Source: a virus (lineage: Duplodnaviria > Caudoviricetes). Taken from it: a DNA stretch of 28,650 nt. The stretch covers positions 1 to 28,650 of the IMG/VR virus record IMGVR_UViG_3300032225_002032, one strand, 5' to 3'. The notes beneath the pieces were generated by a model, which had not been told where the DNA came from, did no database searches, and saw only the letters and a program-made list of their open reading frames with translations. Positions 10,071 to 18,909 of the stretch are shown here, one piece after another (position 1 is the first letter of the stretch; each line of letters begins with the position of its first letter). Both the position numbers and the translations under genes were made by a program.

Positions 10071-11024
10071 ATGGGCACCCTATTTGAACTCGCTCCTGGT
10101 CGTCGCGCCTCGGTCGATGACCAACTGATTCACACTTATGTGCGAACCTACCATTGCACCGACAATACGGGCAAGGACGAGCACGGCATCGGCGTGGCCA
10201 TGGGCCTGCCGATCGGCACGCCACATCCGACTTTTCCTTTTGCCCGCGTCGCCAACATCGATGTGACCGAGGACGAGTCGAACAGCTACGATGGGTACAA
10301 GCATTGGATCTGTACCGTCACCTATAAAAATCGCTGGGACGAATCGGGCTCGACGCAATCAAGCCAGGCGGGTGTCGATCCCGCCGAGCGGGTCGAAGAT
10401 CCAACGCTGAAAGCTCCGGACATCACGGTCACCGGCGATCTCAAAAGCGTTCCATGCGTCGTGGATGTTGATGGCAAAATGTTTGTCAACACCGTCGGCG
10501 ATCCGCTTTTGCCGCCTCAAACGCGCACGGTCCCCTCGGTCAAAATTACGGTGGGCCGCAACTTCCTGATCTTTCCTTCGTACCTGTTTGAAAATACCGG
10601 GAAGGTTAACGATCGCGCGGTGATTTTGCCGAGGCTCAATTGGTCGTTAGGCGCTCGCACGCTCAAGCTGGTCAATGTCTCGGCCAACCCGGTTTTTGAC
10701 TACAATATGTTTTTTTGGTCGTGCAAATTTACCCTGGAACTTGGAACCAATGTCAACCTGTACACAAAAAAATATTTGGGTTGGGATGTCGATCTAGCCA
10801 ATATGGGCAGGCGGGCTTTGGATCCCGAATCTTTAAAAGTCACCATGATCAAAGACGAGCTCAACCCCTCGCAATCTATCGACCCTCAATTTCTCACCAA
10901 CAATAGCTTTCGGATTAAGACCCTTAATCCGGATGGGACAACTCGCCAAAATTGGCAAAATGACATTGAGTGGCTGCGATTTAAACCCGACGCCGATTTC
11001 AACATGGCCACCATCTGGAGCTAA
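10071..11024 (+). CDS. Putative tail tip/baseplate protein
   Basis: 317-aa ORF after the tape measure; no recognised motif. Confidence 0.55.
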   Translation: MGTLFELAPGRRASVDDQLIHTYVRTYHCTDNTGKDEHGIGVAMGLPIGTPHPTFPFARVANIDVTEDESNSYDGYKHWICTVTYKNRWDESGSTQSSQAGVDPAERVEDPTLKAPDITVTGDLKSVPCVVDVDGKMFVNTVGDPLLPPQTRTVPSVKITVGRNFLIFPSYLFENTGKVNDRAVILPRLNWSLGARTLKLVNVSANPVFDYNMFFWSCKFTLELGTNVNLYTKKYLGWDVDLANMGRRALDPESLKVTMIKDELNPSQSIDPQFLTNNSFRIKTLNPDGTTRQNWQNDIEWLRFKPDADFNMATIWS

Positions 11025-11027
11025 TCG

Positions 11028-11942
11028 ATGCCCGGTTTCGACATCGACTCCGCCAAGCGCATTGCCCAGTCTGTGCGCTATACCGAGCGGCTTCAAGGCG
11101 TTCCCTCGACCGATCCCAACGAAAACTACGGCGCGGCCAGCGGTGGCCAGATGTGTCTGGTGCAAACCGGCCCAACGCTCCCAACGGGCTATACCGGAGC
11201 CATGGGCGCGCCCGGTCAGGTCATCGAAAAACAAGCCAATGGAACCATTAACAAGCTTGGCGCGATCTGGATCAAGGACCAAAACGGCGGCACGCTATCG
11301 GCAAACACCATCTACCAGGCGCGCATTGGCGGCACCTGGACGCAGGATGTCACCACCAGCGGGATCGTAAAACCCACAACGCTGGGGCTGTATTTGGTGC
11401 AGGCGGGGGCAGGTAGCGGCTCAAATCTCGGCCCTGGTTCATTTATTTCTGGAAATGTGATCCCAAATTATAATGGATCAGCGGCTGTACTTTATTTTTA
11501 CAATGCTCAAAATTTTGCTATTACCTATACTCTTCTTAATGTTTCAGCTAAAAGTTGGCAAATTACTACTGTTAGGAGATTTGGAGTTGCAACTGTTGTC
11601 GATCCAGTTAAGCAAACAGCAAATATTGTATTTTTTTCGCCTATTGTGTTTTTTGCGGAATGCAAAAAAACTACTGTATATGCCAATAATTATGGAATAA
11701 TGACTGTTTCTACAAACATAGAAGTATTGGACCCATTGTATCTTTCAAGAAACTTTTCATTGCAAGGAAACTTTAATGCGCTTCTTTTTGACATGGGTCA
11801 ACCTGGTTTTCCTCCAAGTATTGGTATGGTAACAAATTCAAATTGGCAATATGGCACAGGATTAAACCCGTTTTATCCGTATGGTACTGACCCATACAGA
11901 GGCATCGGTTCCGGCATTGGTTCCGGCATCTCAGGAGTCTAA
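11028..11942 (+). CDS. Putative tail fibre/receptor-binding protein with AT-rich C-terminal module
   Basis: Tail-module position; abrupt GC drop at about 11440-11895. Confidence 0.5.
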   Translation: MPGFDIDSAKRIAQSVRYTERLQGVPSTDPNENYGAASGGQMCLVQTGPTLPTGYTGAMGAPGQVIEKQANGTINKLGAIWIKDQNGGTLSANTIYQARIGGTWTQDVTTSGIVKPTTLGLYLVQAGAGSGSNLGPGSFISGNVIPNYNGSAAVLYFYNAQNFAITYTLLNVSAKSWQITTVRRFGVATVVDPVKQTANIVFFSPIVFFAECKKTTVYANNYGIMTVSTNIEVLDPLYLSRNFSLQGNFNALLFDMGQPGFPPSIGMVTNSNWQYGTGLNPFYPYGTDPYRGIGSGIGSGISGV

Positions 11943-11945
11943 ACC

Positions 11946-12332
11946 ATGGCGATCTCCAACACCTCCGACTATCTCCCCACAGGTGGCCTCCTTGAGGTTG
12001 CGCAGATGACAAGCGCGGATGGCACCAACGAATCCTCGGCGCTGATCACAGGATCCTCAAACGGCAAGCGCATCAAGGAAATCCGGGTCTTCTCCGGGTC
12101 GGGCGTCTCGATTGTCCCTGGCTCGGTGCTGGTGCTTAAAGCCTACGATGGCACCAACAGCCGCATCATCGCCTCGGCCATCTGTCCAGGTGGTGCCGAT
12201 ACGCTCCAAGCGTTTTTTGCCTTTACCAACTTCTTCCTCCCCAGCGCATCGTATGCGCTCAAGGCCCAGCTCAGGACCGCCCTCCCTTCGGGGGCAACGC
12301 TCGATTGGTCGTTCACCGGCGAAAACTTCTAA
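11946..12332 (+). CDS. Hypothetical virion protein
   Basis: SD AGGAG, host-like codon usage, beta-rich. Confidence 0.6.
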   Translation: MAISNTSDYLPTGGLLEVAQMTSADGTNESSALITGSSNGKRIKEIRVFSGSGVSIVPGSVLVLKAYDGTNSRIIASAICPGGADTLQAFFAFTNFFLPSASYALKAQLRTALPSGATLDWSFTGENF

Positions 12333-12364
12333 CAGGGTATTTTTAAACCAACAGGAGATCCATT

Positions 12365-12880
12365 ATGACGCTATCGCTTAACCGTGCCCTCACCATCCAG
12401 GGCACGCTCACCAACGATTCGACCCTTTGCATCACGACCGATCAGATCACCTCAGGAAGCAACAGCTTCCCGGCGCTCACCCGCACCATCACCGATGGCA
12501 CCGGCGCGGCCCAATGCAACAAATACTACCGCAGCTACCGCACCCTGACCGCCGGGTCCGCCGACAATCTCGACCTTGCCGGATCCTTGTTGGATCCCTT
12601 TGGCAACACGCTGACCTTTACGGGCATCAAGTATGTGGTCATCGCCCTGATCAGCGCCTCCAACAACGGCACCAACAAGCTGACCGTCGGCAACGCCACC
12701 AACCCCTGGGTTGGCCCCATGGGCGCAACCGGCACCATCGATATTTATGATGCGCTTGAGCTGTACCATCCCGGCGCATCGGGTTGGGCCGTCACGGCGG
12801 GCACCGGCGACATCCTGAAGATCAACAATCCGGGAGCCTCCCCGATCACCTACTGTATCCTGATCGCAGGCAATGGTTAA
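12365..12880 (+). CDS. Hypothetical virion protein
   Basis: SD AGGAG; Thr/Gly-rich beta protein. Confidence 0.6.
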   Translation: MTLSLNRALTIQGTLTNDSTLCITTDQITSGSNSFPALTRTITDGTGAAQCNKYYRSYRTLTAGSADNLDLAGSLLDPFGNTLTFTGIKYVVIALISASNNGTNKLTVGNATNPWVGPMGATGTIDIYDALELYHPGASGWAVTAGTGDILKINNPGASPITYCILIAGNG

Positions 12881-13163
12881 TCGTCGGGGCATTCACCGAA
12901 ATCCCGGGCCAAAGCGCAAGGAGGCGCCCCGGGAGCTGACCACCGCCGAGCGGGGCTATGACGGGACCTGGCAAAAGCTTCGCCGCTGGAAGCTGGCCAC
13001 GGATCCTTTTTGTGCAAAATGCGGCACCAGCGCCAACCAGGTTGACCACATCCGACCAATCAATGACGGTGGCGCAAGGCTCGACCCGGCCAATCTCCAG
13101 AGCCTTTGTATCTCTTGTCACTCGAAGAAAACCGCTCTCGACAAAGCCGCCCGCAATTCCTGA
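12873..13163 (+). CDS. HNH endonuclease (HK97 gp74-like)
   Basis: RGYDGTWQKLR, CAKC, VDHIRP..DGG..LDPANLQSLCISCHSKKT. Confidence 0.92.
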   Translation: MVNRRGIHRNPGPKRKEAPRELTTAERGYDGTWQKLRRWKLATDPFCAKCGTSANQVDHIRPINDGGARLDPANLQSLCISCHSKKTALDKAARNS

Positions 13164-13214
13164 TTCTTTTCCATATTCCTTTCGGGGTAAATCTCTGTAT
13201 CCAGGAGATTGCCC

Positions 13215-13484
13215 ATGCCCGCCACCGACAATTTTAGCACCAATTTTGTAGGAAATACCTCCCCGGCAACGATTGCCGAGGCGGTCACGCCATCCGACTC
13301 GACCGATTTGACCAATGTATCGCGAGCGCTCTGGGTCGGCGGAGCGGGCAATATCTCGGTGATCATGGCCAACGGCGCGACGGTCCTCTTTTCGGGAATT
13401 GCGGCAGGCACCATGCTTCCCCTTCGGGTCTCCCGGGTCCGCTCCACCAGCACCACCGCCACGCTTATCGTCGCCATTTCCTAA
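13215..13484 (+). CDS. Head spike base protein (RcGTA Rcc01079-like)
   Basis: AVTPSDSTDL...RALWVGGAGN..V.MA.G..V.F....AG..LPLRV.RV.ST.TTAT.IVA pattern matches this family as I recall it. Confidence 0.75.
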   Translation: MPATDNFSTNFVGNTSPATIAEAVTPSDSTDLTNVSRALWVGGAGNISVIMANGATVLFSGIAAGTMLPLRVSRVRSTSTTATLIVAIS

Positions 13485-13496
13485 GGAGGCATCATC

Positions 13497-14246
13497 ATGA
13501 TCAGCCTCGATCTTGGCCTGTGGCGACGATCCGGCGCTTCTGCCTTTAGTCCGCTGACGCTTTCGCCTGCGCTTTGGCTTGATGCTTCCGATTCGGCGAC
13601 GCTATTTCAAAGCAATGGTGGATCGGCTGCAAGTGCTGATGGCGACCCGGTCGGCTATTGGTTGGACAAAAGCGGAAATAACAACCATGCAACGCAGACG
13701 AGCGGCTCCAACAAGCCACTCCTGAAAACCAGTATACAAAACGGAAAAAATATTGTTCGAGCGAATGGCACATCATCCCGCATGACATTTACCGGAATAA
13801 ATATTTTGTTTCCATATACTTATTATTTTGTATATAAAAAATCATCTACTGGAGCCAAATTTGAAACTTTAGGAAATGCTTCAAGTAATGCAACATACGC
13901 TTTGGAATCCTATAGCGACAACATTATTTACGGATTTCAAAAAATTTCAGGGGCATCTAATAGTTTTTGGAAAACTGTAAGCGTTTTTAATGACTACGCA
14001 AATTTTGTGTCAATAATAAGTTCATCGGATGGAACTACTGGGTCACTTTATAATAAAACAAATGTTGTGCCTATACAAAACAACGGAAGTGCAAATTATA
14101 CAAGTGTTTACACAAATTTATTATTTGCAGATAATATTTGGGCAAATGGTGACCTTGGAGAAGTATTTATTTTTAATACTCAGCATGACTCAACGCAAAG
14201 AACCAATATGCAAAATTATCTTGTTTACAAATGGGGGATTTCATGA
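13497..14246 (+). CDS. Putative head spike fibre with lectin/LamG-like domain
   Basis: N-terminal MISLDLGL peptide after the spike base gene; LWLDASD..TL, W.DKSGNNNHATQ and YL..KWG motifs; AT-rich 3' half. Confidence 0.6.
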   Translation: MISLDLGLWRRSGASAFSPLTLSPALWLDASDSATLFQSNGGSAASADGDPVGYWLDKSGNNNHATQTSGSNKPLLKTSIQNGKNIVRANGTSSRMTFTGINILFPYTYYFVYKKSSTGAKFETLGNASSNATYALESYSDNIIYGFQKISGASNSFWKTVSVFNDYANFVSIISSSDGTTGSLYNKTNVVPIQNNGSANYTSVYTNLLFADNIWANGDLGEVFIFNTQHDSTQRTNMQNYLVYKWGIS

Positions 14247-14641
14247 TGTCTACCATTTGGATCCACCAGGTTTATGTCTTAGGCGAAACCGCCGCCATGC
14301 CTGGGGCAATTCAAGCCCTTGATATTGCTTTCCCCTGTGATGATGGCCAGCCCCGTGATCCGTTGCATCCCGAATATTATGCATCGAAATACTCCGCATC
14401 GGGAAGCCTCCCGGCGACCCATTATGGGTCAGCATTTGTTGTGACCGAACCGATCCGGCAAAGCCTGGAATCGATGGGCCTTGATACGACGCCCGGCATT
14501 ACCTATTGGCGCGCATCCAATCCCGAGGGGATCCTAGCCGCCTCCAATCATCCCGCGTCCCTTGCCCATATCGGCGAGGTCTGGACATGGCAGGAATGCT
14601 TGTCAACCATGGGCTTACAGCCCGTAAATGAAAAAATATAA
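14243..14641 (+). CDS. Hypothetical protein
   Basis: ATG overlaps the upstream stop; host-like codon usage. Confidence 0.6.
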   Translation: MMSTIWIHQVYVLGETAAMPGAIQALDIAFPCDDGQPRDPLHPEYYASKYSASGSLPATHYGSAFVVTEPIRQSLESMGLDTTPGITYWRASNPEGILAASNHPASLAHIGEVWTWQECLSTMGLQPVNEKI

Positions 14642-14653
14642 TAAGGAGCCACC

Positions 14654-14938
14654 ATGACCGAAATCATGCAAATCATCGAGCGCGTCGGCTTCCCGGTGGC
14701 GATCATCATATTTTTGGGATGGTATTTCCTGATTCCGTTTCGGGATGCGGGGCTCAAGTTCATTTCGACCCTGGAAAACTTTTTGGCCGTCGCAGGTCAA
14801 GACATCCATGGGCTCAAAGCGACCACCGCGCACATCGACGAGAAGGTCGAGAACACAAACAAAAAGGTGGAAACCATCGGCAACCGGGTAGATGAAATTT
14901 CGACGGTACTTATCGACATGAAAAAGGACCAGCACTAA
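14654..14938 (+). CDS. Putative holin-like membrane protein
   Basis: SD TAAGGAG; one TM segment (VGFPVAIIIFLGWYFLI) followed by a coiled coil. Confidence 0.5.
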   Translation: MTEIMQIIERVGFPVAIIIFLGWYFLIPFRDAGLKFISTLENFLAVAGQDIHGLKATTAHIDEKVENTNKKVETIGNRVDEISTVLIDMKKDQH

Positions 14939-15438
14939 TGATTTCCTCGATTGCTTTCCTTGTTTTTTGCATACCTCCGCAGGTGGAAATCACCGGCAAG
15001 GGGACCAAAATCACCCAGGGGCAAACCATTGTCACCGTGCTGCCCGATGGCTCGGTGTTGGTCAAAAACCCTTCAGTCAACCTGGTGATTCCTGCCGCTG
15101 ATGCCGAGCCGGTTGTCCCTCCCGCTGACGATCTGCCCGATGCGCTCAGGGCCATTTATGGCGCGGATCAGGACACGGCCAAAAAGGCCAAGCTCGCCTC
15201 GCTCATCAAAAGCTACCAGGCCGCTCTTGAATCTCTTGACAAGGTCGCGACCGTGGCGGATTTTGCGCAAGCCTTAAGCAAATCGCAAACGCTAAAACCC
15301 GCCGACCTCAGGCCGTTGCGTGACCGCATTGCGCAGGAAATCCAAACAACCCTCGGCACCGATCCGGACGCCGCCCTTGACAGCGTTGCCGCCAAGACCC
15401 TGCTGCAAAAACTGATTACCACCCTCAAGGGGATCTAA
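14938..15438 (+). CDS. Hypothetical exported/membrane-anchored protein
   Basis: Hydrophobic N-terminus; translationally coupled; lysis-module position. Confidence 0.55.
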   Translation: MISSIAFLVFCIPPQVEITGKGTKITQGQTIVTVLPDGSVLVKNPSVNLVIPAADAEPVVPPADDLPDALRAIYGADQDTAKKAKLASLIKSYQAALESLDKVATVADFAQALSKSQTLKPADLRPLRDRIAQEIQTTLGTDPDAALDSVAAKTLLQKLITTLKGI

Positions 15439-15439
15439 T

Positions 15440-16363
15440 ATGAGCGAACCCTTTGATTCTCCACAGGACTACCCAGGCTGGATCGATGACCCCAAGGCAG
15501 TTGCGGCAATTGCCGAGCTCCAGCCAATCGCATCCTTTGGCGACACCGAAGCCGGACAGGATTCCTCGCAACTTCCTGACCATGTGTTTTTGTGGGACGC
15601 GGCGCGCAAGGTTACGGGCGGTTTGCTTCCTCCACGGAATCAGGGAAACATTGGAACATGTGTTTCCTTTGGAACCGCTAGAGCCATCGAATACACCATG
15701 TGCGCTGAAATTGCGGCAGGGGAACCGGAGCATTTCCGTACCATCGCAACGGAACCAATCTACGGGGGTTCCAGGGTTGAGATTGGCAAGGGAAGGTTGG
15801 GGCGTGGGGATGGTTCCGTGGGCGCTTGGGCGGCCCAATGGGCCAAGGATTATGGGATCATTGAGAGGGCCAAGCATGGAGCCTATGATCTCTCCCAATA
15901 CTCCGTTTCCTTGTCCCGCACCTGGGGCCAGAGTGGTGTTCCCGACAATCTTGAGGGGGTCGCCCGGCTACATCCGATCCAGGCAATTACCAAGATTACC
16001 TCGTGGGAACAGGCGAAACGGGCTCTTGCCTCTGGGTATGGGATTTCGGTTTCATCGGACCAGGGATTCGCTATGACCCGCGACGCCGATGGCTTTGCCC
16101 GCGCGGTCGGGTCATGGTCGCATTGCATGTGTTTGTCGGGCTATCAGACCGGCATCCGCGAAGGTGGCCGCATTGACAATTCCTGGGGCGCATCCGCCCA
16201 CACCGGCCCCGTCGGTGCGGGCAATCCCGGCCCTGAAGGTTTCTGGGCCGATGCCCGGACTTTGGAGCGCATGCTTTCTTATGGCGATTCGTGGGCGTTT
16301 TCCGCTTTTGCGGGCTTTCCTGCGCGGCCTCGAAAATCACTTGATTGGACTTCACACACCTAA
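15440..16363 (+). CDS. Papain-like (C1A) cysteine peptidase
   Basis: NQGNIGTCVSF (oxyanion Q, catalytic C), WSHCM (catalytic H), DNSWG (N). Confidence 0.85.
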   Translation: MSEPFDSPQDYPGWIDDPKAVAAIAELQPIASFGDTEAGQDSSQLPDHVFLWDAARKVTGGLLPPRNQGNIGTCVSFGTARAIEYTMCAEIAAGEPEHFRTIATEPIYGGSRVEIGKGRLGRGDGSVGAWAAQWAKDYGIIERAKHGAYDLSQYSVSLSRTWGQSGVPDNLEGVARLHPIQAITKITSWEQAKRALASGYGISVSSDQGFAMTRDADGFARAVGSWSHCMCLSGYQTGIREGGRIDNSWGASAHTGPVGAGNPGPEGFWADARTLERMLSYGDSWAFSAFAGFPARPRKSLDWTSHT

Positions 16364-16373
16364 GGAGACCGCT

Positions 16374-16673
16374 ATGGTAGACTATCCCCTTTCCCTGCCC
16401 ACCGATGCCCTGATGACCCTGCTCGATGTTGTCCGTGGCAAGATCGACGCCTCCAAGGCCGTCCACGCCGCGTGGAATCTTTTGGGCTTTGGCCTTGCCC
16501 AGGGTTTCCCCCTCCAGCAAGGGATCGGCGACAGCTCCGATGGCGCCACCGCCGAGGCGATCGAGGCCCTCCTTGCCAGCCAGTCGCCCCAGGAGGCAAT
16601 CGGTTTCCCCTCGCTGGCGTTCTCCATCGTCCTGAAACTGGCCATGAAAATCATCCTGGACTCGCTCTCCTAA
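16374..16673 (+). CDS. Hypothetical protein
   Basis: SD TAAGGAG, ATG 16374, followed by a terminator. Confidence 0.65.
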   Translation: MVDYPLSLPTDALMTLLDVVRGKIDASKAVHAAWNLLGFGLAQGFPLQQGIGDSSDGATAEAIEALLASQSPQEAIGFPSLAFSIVLKLAMKIILDSLS

Positions 16674-16696
16674 TCGGCTCCCCCTGTTGTCGCTCG

Positions 16697-16731
16697 CTCC
16701 CCGGGATTCGCCACCCGGGGAGTTTTTTTTT
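16697..16731 (+). terminator. Intrinsic terminator ending the late operon
   Basis: 9-bp stem CTCCCCGGG/CCCGGGGAG followed by T9. Confidence 0.9.
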
Positions 16732-16751
16732 GGAATTTTTTTTATCTCCCC

Positions 16752-16780
16752 TTGCAACCGTCCCGTTTGCGGGATAGTAT
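16752..16780 (+). promoter_or_regulatory. Sigma70-type promoter with an inverted repeat in the spacer
   Basis: TTGCAA-17bp-TAGTAT; spacer contains TCCCG-N4-CGGGA. Confidence 0.65.
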
Positions 16781-16827
16781 AAATTCATGAGGATCACAAC
16801 GAGCCTCAGGAAATCAGGAGCCCAGAG

Positions 16828-17106
16828 ATGAAGAGCAGCTTTTCAACCCGCAACGCAGCAGGCAAAAACTTTGATGTGACTTTTGCCCCAATAGGCAACG
16901 AGGAATGGTCTGTCACCATCACCGAGAGCGAGACCCAAAAGCAGGATCACGGCACCTTCAAAAAGTTGGAAAATGGGCTTTTTGGAATCGAGGGGCTGAT
17001 GGATGATGAGTTCGGTTTCGACACCGATGATGTCGTGATGATTCAGAATGAAATCGCTCTCGACCTGAAAAATCATGGCGAGCTGGTTTTCCAGGAAAGT
17101 ATCTGA
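16828..17106 (+). CDS. Acidic hypothetical accessory protein
   Basis: SD AGGAG; own promoter and terminator (moron-like unit). Confidence 0.7.
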   Translation: MKSSFSTRNAAGKNFDVTFAPIGNEEWSVTITESETQKQDHGTFKKLENGLFGIEGLMDDEFGFDTDDVVMIQNEIALDLKNHGELVFQESI

Positions 17107-17286
17107 CTGACCATCGCTGACGCAGCCGCCCGGCTCGGGATCGATCCCAGCCGGGTCCGACTTTTGGTGCGCCAAGGTCGAATCCCTGCCCGGCGCTTTG
17201 GCCGCGCCTGGATGATCGCCGAGGCCGACCTCAATGCCTACCAGCCGCGCCCTCAGGGCCGCCCGGGCCACCGACCCAAAACTTAG
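17107..17286 (+). CDS. Excisionase/MerR-type HTH domain in frame behind the TGA of the previous gene (no ATG)
   Basis: Translates LTIADAAARLGIDPSRVRLLVRQGRIPARRFGRAWMIAEADL; missing from the ORF track. Confidence 0.7.
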   Translation: MTIADAAARLGIDPSRVRLLVRQGRIPARRFGRAWMIAEADLNAYQPRPQGRPGHRPKT

Positions 17287-17316
17287 CCAAGCATTTCTTA
17301 GCTCGTAGCCAAGCTC

Positions 17317-17348
17317 CGCCCCGGATTCACCCCGGGGCGTTTTTGTTT
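17317..17348 (+). terminator. Intrinsic terminator
   Basis: Stem CGCCCCGG/CCGGGGCG followed by TTTTTGTTT. Confidence 0.85.
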
Positions 17349-17385
17349 GGCTTGCAAAAACAAAAGACCCGCCTTGTCTGAATTG

Positions 17386-17667
17386 GTACAGAAGTACAGA
17401 AATTATGCCCAAAACAGGCCGTTTCTGTACCGTTTCCCCGTTGTTTCCGGTGTCTCTGGTCTTTCTCTAAATCGTTTATATCATAGGTTTTACGGCTATT
17501 TCCTTCCGGCTTTTTCCAAGGGGACAAGGGGTTTCCTAAACCGGGGGTCGTAGGTTCGAATCCTACCGGGTGTATTTCCGCAAGTCCTTTGAAAACAATG
17601 GTTTGTGGCGAGTCTACTGCGAGTTGGTTTGTCCGTCAAATGGCCGAAATTTCTGTACGGTACAGAA
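17386..17667. repeat. GTACAGAA repeats, probable integrase arm-type sites flanking attP
   Basis: GTACAGAA at 17386, 17394, 17660; reverse TTCTGTAC at 17423, 17651. Confidence 0.7.
17530..17574 (+). mobile_element. attP core: 3' half of tRNA-Arg(CCT)
   Basis: Anticodon loop TTCCTAA (17533-17539), T-arm GTAGG-TTCGAAT-CCTAC, acceptor 3' strand CGGGTGT-A; no 5' half; next to the integrase. Confidence 0.88.
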
Positions 17668-17670
17668 TCC

Positions 17671-18846
17671 ATGCTACCTAAGCTTTGCAGACATCGATCA
17701 AAAGGCCGGGCGTATGTCACGCTTCCCGGCAAAAAAGTCATCTATTTGGGCGCTTGGCCCGATGCCGATAATCCGCCTCCGCCCGATGTGGTTGCGCAAT
17801 ATAAGGTGATTGTGGGGCGGCTTTTGACCGATCAGCCTCCCCTGGCGGAGATGGATGGACGGGTTAGCGTTGAGGAATTGGTGGGCCTGTTTCTGGAAAG
17901 CCAGCGGGAAAGCATCGACTTTTCCGCCTATCGTGGGGCGCTTTATTCTGTACTGATTCTGTACGGATCGATTCCGGCGGAGGAGTTTGGACCAAACAAG
18001 CTGCGAGCGGTCCAGGAATATTTGGTCAAAACTCCGACCCGGGGAAAGCCCCGCACCCGGTCCGGGATCAATATCACCCTGCGCCGGATTCGCCGGTGCT
18101 GGTCCTGGGGCGTGAGCCGGGAGCTTGTCCCCGAATCGGTGAGCCGGGCGCTCGGCACGGTCGATCCGTTGCGGTTACGAAAATCCAGCGCGCCCGAATC
18201 CAAACCCCGCAAGGCCGTCAATCCGGAAGTGGTCGAGAAAACGGTTCCCTTTTTGCCGCCGCACATTGTCGCCATGATCCGCCTCCAACAGCTCACCGCG
18301 ATGAGGCCCGGCGAGGTGACCCAGATCACGACAGGCGAAATCGATCGGCGTCAAAAGGGCGCATGGTTTTATTGTCCCGAGCAGCACAAAAATGCCCACC
18401 GGGGCAAGGGCCGGGCAATTGCCCTGGGACCCAAAGCGATCGAGATCATCACGCCATGGCTGCGGGCCGATCCGGAAAAACCGATCTTTTCGCCAGCGGA
18501 ACGGGTGGTCTTTTTGCGGGAAACGCAACGGGCCAAACGCAAATCCAAAGTCCCGCCCAGCCAGGAAGAGCGCAAGGTCGCCGACCCCAAACGCAAGCCC
18601 GGCGAAAGCTACGACACCCGCTCCTATGGACGGGCAATCATGCGGGTTTGCCAGCGGGAGGGGATCGAGATCTGGTCGCCCAACCAGCTCCGGAAATTGG
18701 CCATCAACTTGGCCGCCAACCGGGGCGGCAAACAGCGCGCCCAGGCATTTGCCGGACATCTCGATTCGGAAACCACCGAGCGCTTCTATCTGGAACAGGA
18801 TCGGCAATTGGCAGCCGAGGCGGCAAACCTCGTTGAGGGGCGATAA
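17671..18846 (+). CDS. int: Tyrosine integrase
   Basis: Catalytic set AMRPGE(R), HK, PNQLR, AGH, TTERFY(Y); N-terminal arm-binding segment GRAYVTLPGKKVIYLG. Confidence 0.93.
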   Translation: MLPKLCRHRSKGRAYVTLPGKKVIYLGAWPDADNPPPPDVVAQYKVIVGRLLTDQPPLAEMDGRVSVEELVGLFLESQRESIDFSAYRGALYSVLILYGSIPAEEFGPNKLRAVQEYLVKTPTRGKPRTRSGINITLRRIRRCWSWGVSRELVPESVSRALGTVDPLRLRKSSAPESKPRKAVNPEVVEKTVPFLPPHIVAMIRLQQLTAMRPGEVTQITTGEIDRRQKGAWFYCPEQHKNAHRGKGRAIALGPKAIEIITPWLRADPEKPIFSPAERVVFLRETQRAKRKSKVPPSQEERKVADPKRKPGESYDTRSYGRAIMRVCQREGIEIWSPNQLRKLAINLAANRGGKQRAQAFAGHLDSETTERFYLEQDRQLAAEAANLVEGR

Positions 18847-18876
18847 CAGAAAATAGAAAATAATTAAGAAGTATAT

Positions 18877-18909
18877 AACGCTCCGGAAATCCTCCGGGGC
18901 GTTTTTTTT
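18877..18909 (+). terminator. Intrinsic terminator after int
   Basis: Stem ACGCTCCGGA/TCCGGGGCGT followed by a T run. Confidence 0.85.

Noticed and set aside
11440-14240. Diversity-generating retroelement targets
   Set aside because: No reverse transcriptase and no TR/VR pair seen
17104-17106. Genome-wide TGA recoding
   Set aside because: TGA ends many conserved genes here with ATGA/TGATG overlaps
17530-17574. Functional tRNA-Arg gene
   Set aside because: No 5' acceptor strand or D-arm; interpreted as attP
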